From: Nitrospirota bacterium
GTDB taxonomy: Bacteria > Nitrospirota > Thermodesulfovibrionia > Thermodesulfovibrionales > Dissulfurispiraceae
Reading direction: 5' to 3'
Assembly: GCA_963710375.1 (NCBI GenBank)
Contig: CAVPZX010000003.1
Location: 374,084 to 438,083 of the forward strand
Length of the DNA stretch: 64,000 bases
A program made the translations under genes and the position numbers. The notes beneath the pieces are model-generated. The model was not told where the DNA came from and made no database searches. It was given only the letters and a program-made list of their open reading frames with translations. This document shows, in pieces, positions 43,523 through 54,864 of the stretch (positions are counted from its first letter, which is position 1; every line of letters starts with the position of its first letter).

Positions 43523-45286
43523 TTAGAACAATCCACTCACCTTGCCTGTGTTCGTATCGACGTCAATCCTTCTGAAGGCAGGATTGGAACTCGTACCTGG
43601 CATGAGGCTGATCGTGCCTGCGCAGGGGCAAAGGAATTTGGCTCCCGAATATATAAGAATATCTCTGATGGGCAGCGTCCAGCCCTTTGGCACTCCCTTG
43701 ACAGCCGGATCGTGGCTAAGGCTCAGGTGGGTCTTGACCATCATTGTAGCAAAATCAGCATACTTTGAGTCGTCTTCAAGCATCTTGGCTTTGGCTTCGG
43801 CTTCAGGCAGCCAGGAAACACCGTCGGCCCCATAAACTGCCTTTGCTATCAGCGCCACGCGATCGCGCAGTTTCATCTCCAGCGGGTATAGGAATTTGAA
43901 CTCGTTCTTCTCGTTGCAGGCATCTATAACTGCATCGGCCAGTTCGAGAGCTCCCTCGCCGCCCTTGAGCCAGTGTTGGGATTCAGCGCAGCGGGCCCCG
44001 GCAGCTTCTGCGGCCTTCTTGACTGTAGCCACTTCGGCATTGGTATCGGTATAAAAACGGTTGATGCATACAACCGGGTTTATGCCGGACTTGCGGATAA
44101 CGTTGATCATGTGGACCATATTGGCGCAGCCCTTTTCCACCAGTGCCACATTCTCTTTGGTGTACTCTTCGGGCAGGGCTTTACCGGCAACGACCTTGGG
44201 TCCTCCGCCATGCATCTTCAGGGCGCGAATAGTGGTCGTAAGCACTGATACGTGGGGCTTCAGTCCGCTGAAACGGCATTTGACGTTCCAGAATTTTTCG
44301 AACCCGATGTCAGCCGCAAAGCCTGACTCTGTCACATGGTAATCGAACAGCTTGAGGCCGACACGGTCCGCGATGATGGAGGACTGGCCCACGGCTATAT
44401 TGGCAAAAGGCCCGGCATGGACAAAGCAGGGGTTGTATTCAGCAGTGCACATGAGAGTGGGGTTGATCGTGTTGCGCATGAAGGCGGCCATGGCGTTGCC
44501 GACTTCCAGATCACCCGTGGTAACCGGCTTGCCGGACTTGTCGAAAGCAACCGTGATGTTATTGAGGCGTTTTTTCAGGTCCGCAAGGTCGTTGGCTACT
44601 GCCAAAATCGCCATGCACTCCGACCCAACGGCTATCCCGAACTTGGATTGCATCATAAAGCCGTCAGTCCGTCCGCCCATACCTATGATTATATTACGCA
44701 GACTCTGGGCGCAGAAGTCCATGATCCAGCCCATCTCCACGCGGGTGGGGTCAATGTCGAGCCGCTTCATTTTGGTGAGCCGCTCAAGCTGTTCGTCGTT
44801 ATAGTTGCGTTCATGCTGCATACGTGCAGTCAGCGCCACCATAGCCAGGTTGTGGGCGTTCATTATATCGTTGATGTCGCCCGTGAGTCCCAGCGAGAAC
44901 TCGGTCATTGGAATCAACAGGGAGTTGCCGCCGCCGGCAGCCGTACCCTTAACGTTCATCGTGGGACCGCCCGAAGGCTGGCGCAGCGCCCCGCCCACGT
45001 TCACTCCACGCTTGCCCAGGCCTTCCATCAATCCGCAAGATGTGGTGCTTTTGCCTTCGCCTAATGGGGTAGGGGTGATAGCTGTCACCTCTATGTACTT
45101 GCCATCGGCTTTCTTCTTGAGACGATTAATGACCTTGAGAAAATCCACCTTTGACAGCCTTCCCATGGGCAGCATCTCGTCTTTTTGAAGTCCAAGACGT
45201 TCGCGCCACTGATCTGCGGTAGGCATACTCTTTTCTGCTTCCTCAGAAATCTGCCAGTCAGCCAGCTTCGTTGCATCAAACGGCAT
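43523..45286 (-). CDS. fhs: Formate-tetrahydrofolate ligase
   Basis: [53 protein letters not shown]. Confidence 0.97.
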   Translation of the reverse strand: MPFDATKLADWQISEEAEKSMPTADQWRERLGLQKDEMLPMGRLSKVDFLKVINRLKKKADGKYIEVTAITPTPLGEGKSTTSCGLMEGLGKRGVNVGGALRQPSGGPTMNVKGTAAGGGNSLLIPMTEFSLGLTGDINDIMNAHNLAMVALTARMQHERNYNDEQLERLTKMKRLDIDPTRVEMGWIMDFCAQSLRNIIIGMGGRTDGFMMQSKFGIAVGSECMAILAVANDLADLKKRLNNITVAFDKSGKPVTTGDLEVGNAMAAFMRNTINPTLMCTAEYNPCFVHAGPFANIAVGQSSIIADRVGLKLFDYHVTESGFAADIGFEKFWNVKCRFSGLKPHVSVLTTTIRALKMHGGGPKVVAGKALPEEYTKENVALVEKGCANMVHMINVIRKSGINPVVCINRFYTDTNAEVATVKKAAEAAGARCAESQHWLKGGEGALELADAVIDACNEKNEFKFLYPLEMKLRDRVALIAKAVYGADGVSWLPEAEAKAKMLEDDSKYADFATMMVKTHLSLSHDPAVKGVPKGWTLPIRDILIYSGAKFLCPCAGTISLMPGTSSNPAFRRIDVDTNTGKVSGLF

Positions 45287-45415
45287 AAAATACCTCCTCT
45301 AAATGAAATGTAAAAATATTCTCAATTAAGGCACCTGCATTCCCGTTACCGGGCATATTGAGAAACGCTAATGTTTTGAAGCATTTCCCGCATGCACTTA
45401 TGAGATAACCCGAAC

Positions 45416-45444
45416 ATTATAACAACAATCCTCCGTAGCGTCAA
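45416..45444 (-). promoter_or_regulatory. Sigma-70 promoter of fhs
   Basis: Minus strand TTGACG-17 nt-TATAAT with TG extension. Confidence 0.7.
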
Positions 45445-45546
45445 TAAGTTAATATATAAATAAAATAAGGTAATGGGTTAGTCTGTTTTTGCGGCGGACC
45501 ATGGCTTTATTAATAAGAACGAACTCTGTGTTACAATTAGGGCTGG

Positions 45547-48063
45547 ATGAAAGAAGATATAAGCTGGCTATGGTGTAATAGGGCATCTGAGCTGATAGAT
45601 AGAGGGTTCACGGGTAAATCGATCGTCTCAGATTTAACTGCCCAAGTGAACAACATGCTGTCGGACACATTCAGAACGGCATTGCAAGATTCTTATTCGG
45701 GCGCAGTGACTAATGATCTGGCACTTATCGCGGTCGGCGGTTACGGGCGCAGTGAAATGGTGCCGTATTCGGATATTGATATAATGTTCCTGTCGAGGGG
45801 AAGGGACAATAAGACCACTGAATCGGCCCAGGCGGTGCTTTACAAATTGTGGGATATGGGACTGAACATAAGCCACAGTTTCAGGACCCTGGTTGAATGT
45901 CTGCAGGATTCGATCAAAGATCCGAAAACCCGGACGGCAATTATTGATTCGAGATTCCTGATCGGAGACAGAACTGTTTTTGAAGAATTCAGAAGGGACA
46001 TCTATCCTAAGATATTATTTAAAAAGAAACAGGATTTTGTGGGCGCCATACTGGGCGAAGTCAACAGACGACACAAGACATTCGAGGACTCCGTTTACCT
46101 TCTTGAGCCGAATATTAAAGACGGCATAGGCGGACTGCGGGATGTGCACACGCTCACCTGGCTGTCAAAAGTGATTTTGAAAATAGATGACATCGCCGGC
46201 CTGGCACCAATTTTTACAAAAAACGATTTTATGCATCTTATGAAAGCCTTTGATTTCTTTTTAAGGATGCGGTTAAGCCTGAATATAATCTCAAAATGCA
46301 GGAATGATGTCCTATCGTTTGAATTCCAGGATGCCGTAGCCCGGAATATGGGCTTTAATAACACAAAAAGATTTATGGCTGCAGAAATAATGATGCGGCT
46401 TTATTATAAGAAGGCTGAAGCGATCAGCAGCGCATTGAAGAAGATCATGAACATCAGCGGGCGCAAGTACGTACATTTTCCGCTGAACCTGAGCATAAAA
46501 AAAATTACGGATGATTTTTATCTTGCAAGAAACGAGATCACGGTCAAAGACCAGGGAATTTTCAGAAACCCTGATAAAATTATAGAGGCTTTCAGCATTT
46601 ATTCGATGTCAGGGAGGAAATTAAGTGATCAGGTACAGGAAAGCATAAGGGGGAGGGCGCTGTTCATAAGCGGCGGAATCCGTCCGTCGAAAAAGTCCGT
46701 GGCTGCCTTTCTGGCGATATTAAAGGGAAACAGGGTATATGATACGCTCCGGAGGATGCATGAGATGGGGATACTTGACCGTTTTATCCCTGAGTTCGGA
46801 AGGTTAAGGCACCTGGTTATCTATGAGATATATCATCGGTATACGGTCGATGAGCATTCCCTGATCGCTGTAAAAAACCTTGAGACTCTGAAAAATACCC
46901 CTCAGGCAAGGCTGCGCTATCTCGCTGAAATTCTCAAAAGGTCCAGGCAGGATATTCTGTTTTTTGCCATACTCCTGCATGACATAGGGAAAGGCGGTTA
47001 TGGCGGAAACGGCGGCAGTCATGAAAATTCGGGGTATAAAATGCTGAAATCCATAATGGAGCGTTTCGGCATCGAGCATCAGGACAGGAGAAGGATTGAG
47101 TTTCTGGTAAGAAATCACATTGTGATGTCAAAGCTCGCACTTAACAGAGATAGCGAGGAGGCCGAAACCATAACACAACTTGCAGAGCTGGTTGAGAATG
47201 AGGAAAACCTTGATTCACTTTATTTGATGACGTATGCGGACATGACAGCTGTGAATCCGGTTTTTTGGACAGAGTGGAAGGCATATCTCTTTCATGATAT
47301 CTATATGAGGACAAAAGATCATCTGCACGGAATAAGGGCAAAGCAATACATGACCTCTGATAAGAAACTGCAGGGGTTTATAGAGTCAATGCCGGATCGC
47401 TACGTTATTTCGACCACGAGCGAGATCGTCCAGGCAGATTACCTTCTTGCCGCCAGGGCAGCAGAGGAGGTGCTTGCGGTAGCTGTGAATAAGAGGCCGG
47501 ACAGCGCTGCCGAGATAGTTATTGCTACGAAGGACAAACCGGGACTCTTCTCAAAAATTGTCGGTGTCCTGAGTTTCAGAGGCCTTAATATTCTGAGGGC
47601 CAGGATTTATACAAGTGACAATGCCCTGGCACTCGATAAGATTTTATTGTCAAACTGGGGTTCCATCTGGTGGGAAGGGCTGGAGGAGCAATTAAAAGAG
47701 GACCTTTATAGTGCAATTGTTATGGACACCAAGATTTGCCCTGAAAGAGGCTTTTTGAAACCTACTTTTGCCGGCAAAAGGCTCGAGAACTTTATCGAAA
47801 TTGACAATGAGAGTTCCTCAAACCATACCCTCCTGGAACTTCTGTTGCCTGACAGGATAGGCCTTTTATTCGATATTGCAGAACAATTGTTCGAGCACAA
47901 CATTGATATAGCTTCTGCTGTAATAAACACGGAAGATGGAGTTGCCAGGGACGTATTTTATTTGCAATGCAATGGTGGTAAACTTAGTGCTGACGTTGTT
48001 TTAAAAACTTTAGGCGCATTACATGATTCTAGAATTGCAACAAACGCAGGTTATGGGTCTTAG
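45547..48063 (+). CDS. glnD: [Protein-PII] uridylyltransferase
   Basis: AVGGYGR..PYSDID, EPNIKDGIGGLRD, HRYTVDEH, LLHDIGKG, two ACT domains. Confidence 0.95.
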   Translation: MKEDISWLWCNRASELIDRGFTGKSIVSDLTAQVNNMLSDTFRTALQDSYSGAVTNDLALIAVGGYGRSEMVPYSDIDIMFLSRGRDNKTTESAQAVLYKLWDMGLNISHSFRTLVECLQDSIKDPKTRTAIIDSRFLIGDRTVFEEFRRDIYPKILFKKKQDFVGAILGEVNRRHKTFEDSVYLLEPNIKDGIGGLRDVHTLTWLSKVILKIDDIAGLAPIFTKNDFMHLMKAFDFFLRMRLSLNIISKCRNDVLSFEFQDAVARNMGFNNTKRFMAAEIMMRLYYKKAEAISSALKKIMNISGRKYVHFPLNLSIKKITDDFYLARNEITVKDQGIFRNPDKIIEAFSIYSMSGRKLSDQVQESIRGRALFISGGIRPSKKSVAAFLAILKGNRVYDTLRRMHEMGILDRFIPEFGRLRHLVIYEIYHRYTVDEHSLIAVKNLETLKNTPQARLRYLAEILKRSRQDILFFAILLHDIGKGGYGGNGGSHENSGYKMLKSIMERFGIEHQDRRRIEFLVRNHIVMSKLALNRDSEEAETITQLAELVENEENLDSLYLMTYADMTAVNPVFWTEWKAYLFHDIYMRTKDHLHGIRAKQYMTSDKKLQGFIESMPDRYVISTTSEIVQADYLLAARAAEEVLAVAVNKRPDSAAEIVIATKDKPGLFSKIVGVLSFRGLNILRARIYTSDNALALDKILLSNWGSIWWEGLEEQLKEDLYSAIVMDTKICPERGFLKPTFAGKRLENFIEIDNESSSNHTLLELLLPDRIGLLFDIAEQLFEHNIDIASAVINTEDGVARDVFYLQCNGGKLSADVVLKTLGALHDSRIATNAGYGS

Positions 48064-48093
48064 GTAATAGCCTATTGCCGGTACTATTTTGAG

Positions 48094-51000
48094 ATGAAAC
48101 GAAAACTTCTATATATTGCGGCAACCGTTCTGTTATTAGGAATTTTTTTATATGCCTCACGGGGGCCGAATATTTCAAATGCCCTAAAGAGGATCATACT
48201 GCCTGAGTTGGAAGATGCGACCGGCAGAAAGTTTATCGCCCAGCAGATATACATAAACCTGATGCCTCTTTTTGTCGAGATCAAAGGACTGAAATCATTC
48301 GACGATAATGGTGAAAAGATTCTCGATGTCCAGAGAGTTAAGGGGTATATAGGGCTTTCAGGGCTGATACGGAAAAAACTCACTGTTAAGAGGCTCGTTC
48401 TTGAAGAGTCCGATCTGCGGACCGACAGAAAGCAGCTCGAAGAGATTTCGGCGAACATAAAACAATATCTGGCTAAGGAACCAAAGCTGCCGATAAAGCT
48501 CGAAGTTAAATCGCTCAGCGTGAGCGATGCAGCCCTCTCATATCAGGACAGCAATTATAAGGCGGTTCTTGGAGGTTTTGACGCCGATGTCATTATAGGC
48601 AAGACTCCTAAATTCATAGTTTCCGCCAGGAAAGTGTTCATCGACATGAAGGGATTACAAGAGGCAAAAGGATCACTGGAAGCGGTTTTCTTTTTAAAGG
48701 ACAAGCTTATCGATCTGAAAAAGCTTAAGATCACCTCCTACAACTCGGATGTGCGAACCTCGGGATCGCTCGATACAAAAAGCCTTATCGGCAGGTTTGA
48801 ATCTGCAGCAACAGTATATCTTGAGACTATAAAGAATATCTTTGGACTGAAACGCAAGGGAGAGGGACAGCTTTCGGTAAAGGGGGCAATAGGATTTGAC
48901 GGCCTGCAGTCAGGGATCAAAGCTATCTTTGTTGACGTGAAAGTCAAAGGAGATTTGTTTATTGAAACGTTGATGGAATTGCTCAATGTAAAAGATAGAA
49001 TCGCCGGACATATTAGTGTTGACGGCTTTCTAAAAGGCCCTATCGACAAACTTTACGGGGAAGGCAAAGCGGTGCTTGATAAAGGCGATCTCTTCGGGGT
49101 GCCTGTTGACAAGCTGGACTGTAAAGTCCTGTATCATGACGGTGCGCTGAAATTCCTGGACGGCAATGCAAGACTTCTTCAGGGTAAAGCGGTTGCAGAA
49201 GGCATGATAAAACTTCCTGTTGTCAATTACTTTGAAGTCAGAGTCAAGGCAAATGATGTATCCAGCGAAGGTCTTTTAAAACTTGTGGGATTGCCGCACA
49301 TACTTCCTGAAGGGAAAGTGAGCGGAACGTTGACATCGTCGGGCAGCGCATTTGATCCCGAGGGCCAATTTTCTTACAGGAGAACAGTTGCGGGCCGGGA
49401 CGTGCTTGGAAGAATACGGAACATCAAAAGCGGATATACTATGAAGAACGGCATGCTTTTTTTTGAACAGATGTTTTTCGATACCGGCAAATCGAAGCTC
49501 TTTACCACGGGATCTTTGGACCTGAAAAACAATACGTTAAATTTTCGAGGGACGGGGGAGACAATAGATATAGCGGATTTATCATCTCCGTATTTCAGTG
49601 CGGTTTCAGGACCGGCGAGCTTTTCTCACATCGTTTCAGGAAGTGTAAAGGACCCTGTCATCGATTTGCATTTTGATGCTCGCGGTACAACCTTTGCCAC
49701 CAAAAACCTCACTGAAGTCAAGCTCGTTAACAACAGCTACTTTATTTTTGATACCTCAGAGGGCGACCTTAATTATAAAAAAAACCGTTTGACCCTCAAA
49801 TATTTTTCGGCCCAATCTCCCAAGGAAAAAATAAGCGCCTCCGGCACTATTCTCTTTCCGCGGGCCATGTCTTTATTTGATTTAAAAAAACCGGATTTCG
49901 ACCTTGCACTTTCGCTGCGCAATATCGATATCAAAACACTCGCCGGTATGTTGACCAATAAGGTAACTATAAGCGGTGTTTTGAATACTGATTTCAGGCT
50001 GTCGGGCGGCCTGAATGCAATAAAACTGTCCGGAGATATTCATGGAAAGGACATGACTATATCAGACCAATACGCTGTTAACAGCGCAGACGGTCATGTC
50101 ACGTACGAGGGCGGTGCAGTGCGTTTAAAGTCGGTCCGTTTGAAGAGGGGATCTTCATCATTCGACATTTCAGGGACAGTTGGCGCTCACAATGAGTTCT
50201 CTGTCGCTGCGACGGGCAAATCTATTAAGGTCTCCGACATTATTCTCCAAAAACATATTGAGAAGCTCAGGACACGATATAAAGAGCTTTTTGAAGACAA
50301 CTTCTTTGATACGGTCTTTATTACCAACCTGGACATAAGAGGCGCAGGGACTTTTGAAAATCCGACACTCACATTAAGAGGCGATGTCAATGCCGGAAGA
50401 TACAGAGGACGTCCAGTGGGCAGCGGTTATATAGAGGGAACGCTTAATGGCAAGCATGCAACTGTGACCGCGAGCCTTCTTAATAAAAAATTGACCCTTA
50501 AAGGAGAAGCGCAGCTGACAAAGACGCTGCCCTGGAATGCCTCTGCAGACCTTCAATCTGCCAGGTATGATTTTATTGCCGCCAGTTTCCTGAAAGATGT
50601 TCCCGATGATCTGCTTGTCAACCTGAGGGGTAACATTGTTGCCAGGGGCGATAAGAACCATGTAAATGCCGTGGCGAGCATTAACAATGTCCATGTTTAC
50701 CTGTACGGGACCGGTTATACCAACAGTTCCGGCGTCGTCCTGAAACTGGAAGACAATAAGCTCTCAATAGGCTCCCTGTCTATGAAAAGTGACACCTCGG
50801 AGCTCAGGCTCGGGGGCTCTGTTTCTATCGGCTCGCGCTACGATCTTCTGCTTGAGGGCTCGTCGTCCCTGGCGCCTCTTAAGGGGTGGTCGAAAAATAT
50901 CGATATAATAAACGGTAATGCGTCCTTTGTTTGCTCTATCACAGGGGACTGGAATGGTCCTAACATAAACGGGGACATGGATGTGTCAAACGGCATCCTC

Positions 51001-52155
51001 GGCTTCAAGAATATCCGCTACCGCCTCTCCGCGGTTTCAGCTTATCTCTATTTCGATGGGGACCGGATCATACTTGATAGTGCCTCCGGAAAACTTTCAG
51101 GCGGCACTGTTACTGCAACTGGTGAAGCATATCTCCAAAAATTCAGTATAAAACGATTTCTTCTCAACACTCATCTCAGGAACGTCACCGCCTCTGTATC
51201 AAAGGACTTCTGGACCAATTTCAATGCTGACCTGAACTATGCCGGCACGCTCGCCTCACAGACCATTCTCGGGGATGTTGAGATAAAGAGAGCTAAATAT
51301 ACGCAGAGGGTCGAATGGAAAAGCTGGCTTTTGGGATTCGGGCAGAAAGAGAAACCGGTCGTGGGATCTTCCAGGGCTGATAATACCAAGTTAAATGTCC
51401 GGGTCTCAGGCGCTAACCTTGGGATAGACAATAATGTAGCCAAGGCATCGGCTCGAATAGATATTCTTTTAAGGGGTACTATCGGGCAACCGGTTGTTCT
51501 GGGAAAATTGGAAGCAAGGGAGGGCCTCGTCTATTTTAGAAATAATGAGTTTAAAATATTGCAGGCCACCGTGGACTCTTCGAATCCTGATCAAATAACA
51601 CCTTATTTTACCATTGTAGCCGAGACTAAAGTGAGAAACTACAATATAAGGCTCAGCATGAACGGATACGTCAATCAATTCACTCTTTCTCTGTCTTCCG
51701 ATCCTTTTTTGGCCGAAACCGACATCTTCAGCCTTTTGACTGTCGGGCAGATAGGTAAAAACCTGAGGGGACTCGAAGGTGGCATCGGCGCAGGAGAAGC
51801 TACCTCTTTTCTCACCGGAAAAATGCAGGATGTCTTTGAAGAACGCCTCAGGACAATTACAGGGTTAGACCGCCTGTCGATAGAACCTTCAGTTTCTTTG
51901 AAATCCTCCGAGTCCGCGCTAACCACTACGTCGGCGTTGACGAGTACGACAGGGACTGTTTCTCCCCGAGTAACCGTTTCAAAGCGTTTGCTTGGAGACA
52001 AGCTTTACGTTACCTATAGCGCCGCTACCGGTTCGGGTGAAGAACAGGTAGTGAAGCTGGAATACCTGTTGGGGCCCAACGTATCACTTGTCGGCGACAG
52101 GGATGAACTGGGTAGTCTGGGCGGGGACATTAAATTCCGCTTTAGCTTCAAATAA
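48094..52155 (+). CDS. tamB: Translocation/assembly module TamB-like protein
   Basis: N-terminal anchor, long beta-rich body, C-terminal DUF490-like end (LSSDP, KRL..KLYVTY, DIKFRFSF). Confidence 0.85.
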   Translation: MKRKLLYIAATVLLLGIFLYASRGPNISNALKRIILPELEDATGRKFIAQQIYINLMPLFVEIKGLKSFDDNGEKILDVQRVKGYIGLSGLIRKKLTVKRLVLEESDLRTDRKQLEEISANIKQYLAKEPKLPIKLEVKSLSVSDAALSYQDSNYKAVLGGFDADVIIGKTPKFIVSARKVFIDMKGLQEAKGSLEAVFFLKDKLIDLKKLKITSYNSDVRTSGSLDTKSLIGRFESAATVYLETIKNIFGLKRKGEGQLSVKGAIGFDGLQSGIKAIFVDVKVKGDLFIETLMELLNVKDRIAGHISVDGFLKGPIDKLYGEGKAVLDKGDLFGVPVDKLDCKVLYHDGALKFLDGNARLLQGKAVAEGMIKLPVVNYFEVRVKANDVSSEGLLKLVGLPHILPEGKVSGTLTSSGSAFDPEGQFSYRRTVAGRDVLGRIRNIKSGYTMKNGMLFFEQMFFDTGKSKLFTTGSLDLKNNTLNFRGTGETIDIADLSSPYFSAVSGPASFSHIVSGSVKDPVIDLHFDARGTTFATKNLTEVKLVNNSYFIFDTSEGDLNYKKNRLTLKYFSAQSPKEKISASGTILFPRAMSLFDLKKPDFDLALSLRNIDIKTLAGMLTNKVTISGVLNTDFRLSGGLNAIKLSGDIHGKDMTISDQYAVNSADGHVTYEGGAVRLKSVRLKRGSSSFDISGTVGAHNEFSVAATGKSIKVSDIILQKHIEKLRTRYKELFEDNFFDTVFITNLDIRGAGTFENPTLTLRGDVNAGRYRGRPVGSGYIEGTLNGKHATVTASLLNKKLTLKGEAQLTKTLPWNASADLQSARYDFIAASFLKDVPDDLLVNLRGNIVARGDKNHVNAVASINNVHVYLYGTGYTNSSGVVLKLEDNKLSIGSLSMKSDTSELRLGGSVSIGSRYDLLLEGSSSLAPLKGWSKNIDIINGNASFVCSITGDWNGPNINGDMDVSNGILGFKNIRYRLSAVSAYLYFDGDRIILDSASGKLSGGTVTATGEAYLQKFSIKRFLLNTHLRNVTASVSKDFWTNFNADLNYAGTLASQTILGDVEIKRAKYTQRVEWKSWLLGFGQKEKPVVGSSRADNTKLNVRVSGANLGIDNNVAKASARIDILLRGTIGQPVVLGKLEAREGLVYFRNNEFKILQATVDSSNPDQITPYFTIVAETKVRNYNIRLSMNGYVNQFTLSLSSDPFLAETDIFSLLTVGQIGKNLRGLEGGIGAGEATSFLTGKMQDVFEERLRTITGLDRLSIEPSVSLKSSESALTTTSALTSTTGTVSPRVTVSKRLLGDKLYVTYSAATGSGEEQVVKLEYLLGPNVSLVGDRDELGSLGGDIKFRFSFK

Positions 52156-52170
52156 TAACACGGGATTCGA

Positions 52171-54864
52171 ATGAAACAAACTATATGCCATACACTCTTC
52201 TTTTTTTTTATGATTATTGCAAGTCTGCAAAATGTCCTATATGCTGCTGATGAGCCTTTGCCTGAGAAGGCAGGCCCTGTACGGCAGGTCAAAGTAAGAG
52301 GCCTGCATACAATTTCAAAGTCTGAGCTTCTTTACCTTCTTAATATTGATAAGGGACGCGTTATCGACAGGTCTGCCCTGAGCGCAGGCGTTAAGCGCGC
52401 TTTTTTGATGGGCATTTTTGACGATATTACTATTGAAAGCCTTGATCCGGACAAAACTGTAATTGTCGTAAAAGTTAAAGAAAAGCCGGTGATCACTTCG
52501 ATTGCGGTGAAAGAAAACGAGCATTTTTCGACCAACTTTATAAAAAAGCTGCTGCATTTTAAGACTGGAGATCGTTTAACCGGCCTTAAAATCAAAGACG
52601 GCATTGCGAAACTTGAAGCAGCAATGCACAGAAAAGGCTTCATTGATGCCGACGCTGCTTACGCTGCAGTACCAGGCAAAAAAAATACGGTAGCCATCGA
52701 AATAACGATTCACGAAGGACAGCCCGAAATTATTAAACAGATTATCATCCCTTCGCATGCTGATATCATCAACAACTATTTAAAGGTTTCGGTAAACGGT
52801 ATTTTCGATCTTGAGGAGATGGACCGATTTAAAACTAAAATACGTAATTATTGCAAAAAAGAAAACTTTGTCGGAACATCTCTGTCGTATACCTATCGGA
52901 GCGGCGTATTGACCATAAATTTCGATCCCGGCAAAAGACTTACTGTCACTTTCAGCGGTAATCAAACAATTCCGTCAAGCGACCTTATGAAAGAGCTGCC
53001 TTTTTTTGAGATCAACGAGATCAGCGATGATCTTATTGAGGAGTCCATAGCAGGTATCCTGTCGCTCTATCACGGGAATGGTTTTATTTTTGCGGAGGCT
53101 GCGCCGGTTATATCAACCACCCAGGAAACCATGAAGCTCGAAATATTCATATCAGAAGGAGCCAGGTATAAGGTGGGAGCCATAACCTTTGAGGGGGTAG
53201 CTGCCATCCCTCGGGAAAAGCTGAGGGATATTCTTTTCTCAAAAACAGGTGATTACTACAACCCCGATAATCCGGAAGCGGACAAGGACGTTCTCATAGA
53301 TTTTTATCATGCCCTCGGCTATTTGAATGTTGAAGTCAAGGAGCCTGAAATAGTGATGAAGGACCAGAACGTTGACATCAGATTTTTAATTAATGAGAAA
53401 CAACAAGTGAAGATCGCTGATATTAAAGTGGCCGGCACAAAATTTTTTCCTTCTGATGAGATAATAAAAATATTACCACTCAAGATCGGCAGCCCTTACA
53501 ATGAGGAGGATATTTTGGATTCACGGCGCAAAATCCTTGAGTTTTACCACAATAGGGGTTTCCTCGATGCAAAAATCAATATCGACAGGGAAATAACTGA
53601 AACGTCCTCGCAAATTACATTTAATGTTAGTGAGGGCAATAGGACTTTTTTCGGCAAGAACATTTTCATCGGCAATGAAAAAACAAAGCTGGCTGTAATC
53701 GAGCGTCAGCTTACCCATAAGAGTGAAGCTCCTTTCGATTCCAGCGAGCTGACCAGGGAGCGAGAGCGTCTCTATCGCCTTGGACTTTTTACCGATATTA
53801 CAGTTGCTCCGTCTGAAAAGAATGACTCCGAAAGAGATGTACTCTATAAATTCCACGAGGGTGATTCAGGGGTCGTGGATTTCGGCCTGGGATATGGCGA
53901 GTATGAAAAGTTCAGGGGGTTCCTCGACATCAGCTACAGGAATTTGTTCGGAATGGACAGGCAGGCATCTTTCAGGACGGAAATAAGCACCCTCGAAAAA
54001 AGATTTATCCTTTCATATGTCGAACCGTACTTTCTCGACAGTGATCTGACTTTGAAATCGTCACTTTTATATGAAAATAAGAGAGAGTTGAACATCGATA
54101 CCGGATTGATAAGCTATCGTCTAGCAAGAGAGACCGCTAGTGCGGGAGTAGAAAAAAAACTGAGCGATACAATAAAAGCGACTTTAAGTTATGATTTTTC
54201 TGTTGTGGACACCAAGGATGTGCAGCCTGATATAATATTGACCAGGGAGGACACCGGTACTCTCATCATAAGCGGATTGCACCCCAGACTGATTTACGAT
54301 ACCAGAGATAATCCTTTCGATCCGACAAAGGGGATACTCGCCGGAGTATCATTTCAAGCGGCCTCTTCATTCCTCTTTTCTAAAACCGATTTCTTTAAAT
54401 TATCGGGTTACTTCAATAATTACCAACGTCTTAGCAAAAGGTTAGTGCTTGCTTTTTCACTGAGAAGCGGAGTAGCGGAGGGCTACAATCATACTAGCGA
54501 ACTGCCGTTGGTCGAGCGTTTCTTTTTAGGCGGAAGAACAACAGTGAGGGGTTATGACCAGGACACGTTGGGACCCAAAGGGGCCGATGGGACACCTCTC
54601 GGAGGTGATGCCTTCGTTATGGGTAATCTTGAACTTAGAACCGATGTGGGAAGGGGATTCGGCGTCGTTACTTTTGTCGATACGGGAAATGTATGGAACA
54701 AAGTTCAGGACATAAACCCTGAGCAGCTCAGGTTCACTACCGGTATTGGCCTTAGATACAAGACTCCGGTCGGCCCCTTGAGCATTGACTACGGCGTCAA
54801 ATTGAGCAGACTGAAGGGAGAAAGCCTTGGCGCATTACATTTCAGTATCGGTCAAGCATTCTAA
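52171..54864 (+). CDS. bamA: Omp85 family protein (BamA/TamA-like), multiple POTRA domains
   Basis: RFFLGGRTTVRGY, DTRDNPFDP, TPVGPLSIDYG, FSIGQAF. Confidence 0.88.
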   Translation: MKQTICHTLFFFFMIIASLQNVLYAADEPLPEKAGPVRQVKVRGLHTISKSELLYLLNIDKGRVIDRSALSAGVKRAFLMGIFDDITIESLDPDKTVIVVKVKEKPVITSIAVKENEHFSTNFIKKLLHFKTGDRLTGLKIKDGIAKLEAAMHRKGFIDADAAYAAVPGKKNTVAIEITIHEGQPEIIKQIIIPSHADIINNYLKVSVNGIFDLEEMDRFKTKIRNYCKKENFVGTSLSYTYRSGVLTINFDPGKRLTVTFSGNQTIPSSDLMKELPFFEINEISDDLIEESIAGILSLYHGNGFIFAEAAPVISTTQETMKLEIFISEGARYKVGAITFEGVAAIPREKLRDILFSKTGDYYNPDNPEADKDVLIDFYHALGYLNVEVKEPEIVMKDQNVDIRFLINEKQQVKIADIKVAGTKFFPSDEIIKILPLKIGSPYNEEDILDSRRKILEFYHNRGFLDAKINIDREITETSSQITFNVSEGNRTFFGKNIFIGNEKTKLAVIERQLTHKSEAPFDSSELTRERERLYRLGLFTDITVAPSEKNDSERDVLYKFHEGDSGVVDFGLGYGEYEKFRGFLDISYRNLFGMDRQASFRTEISTLEKRFILSYVEPYFLDSDLTLKSSLLYENKRELNIDTGLISYRLARETASAGVEKKLSDTIKATLSYDFSVVDTKDVQPDIILTREDTGTLIISGLHPRLIYDTRDNPFDPTKGILAGVSFQAASSFLFSKTDFFKLSGYFNNYQRLSKRLVLAFSLRSGVAEGYNHTSELPLVERFFLGGRTTVRGYDQDTLGPKGADGTPLGGDAFVMGNLELRTDVGRGFGVVTFVDTGNVWNKVQDINPEQLRFTTGIGLRYKTPVGPLSIDYGVKLSRLKGESLGALHFSIGQAF

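Noticed and set aside
45310..45365. Cobalamin, ZTP or THF riboswitch before fhs
   Set aside because: Only a short AGGTGCC resemblance; the core consensus elements are missing.
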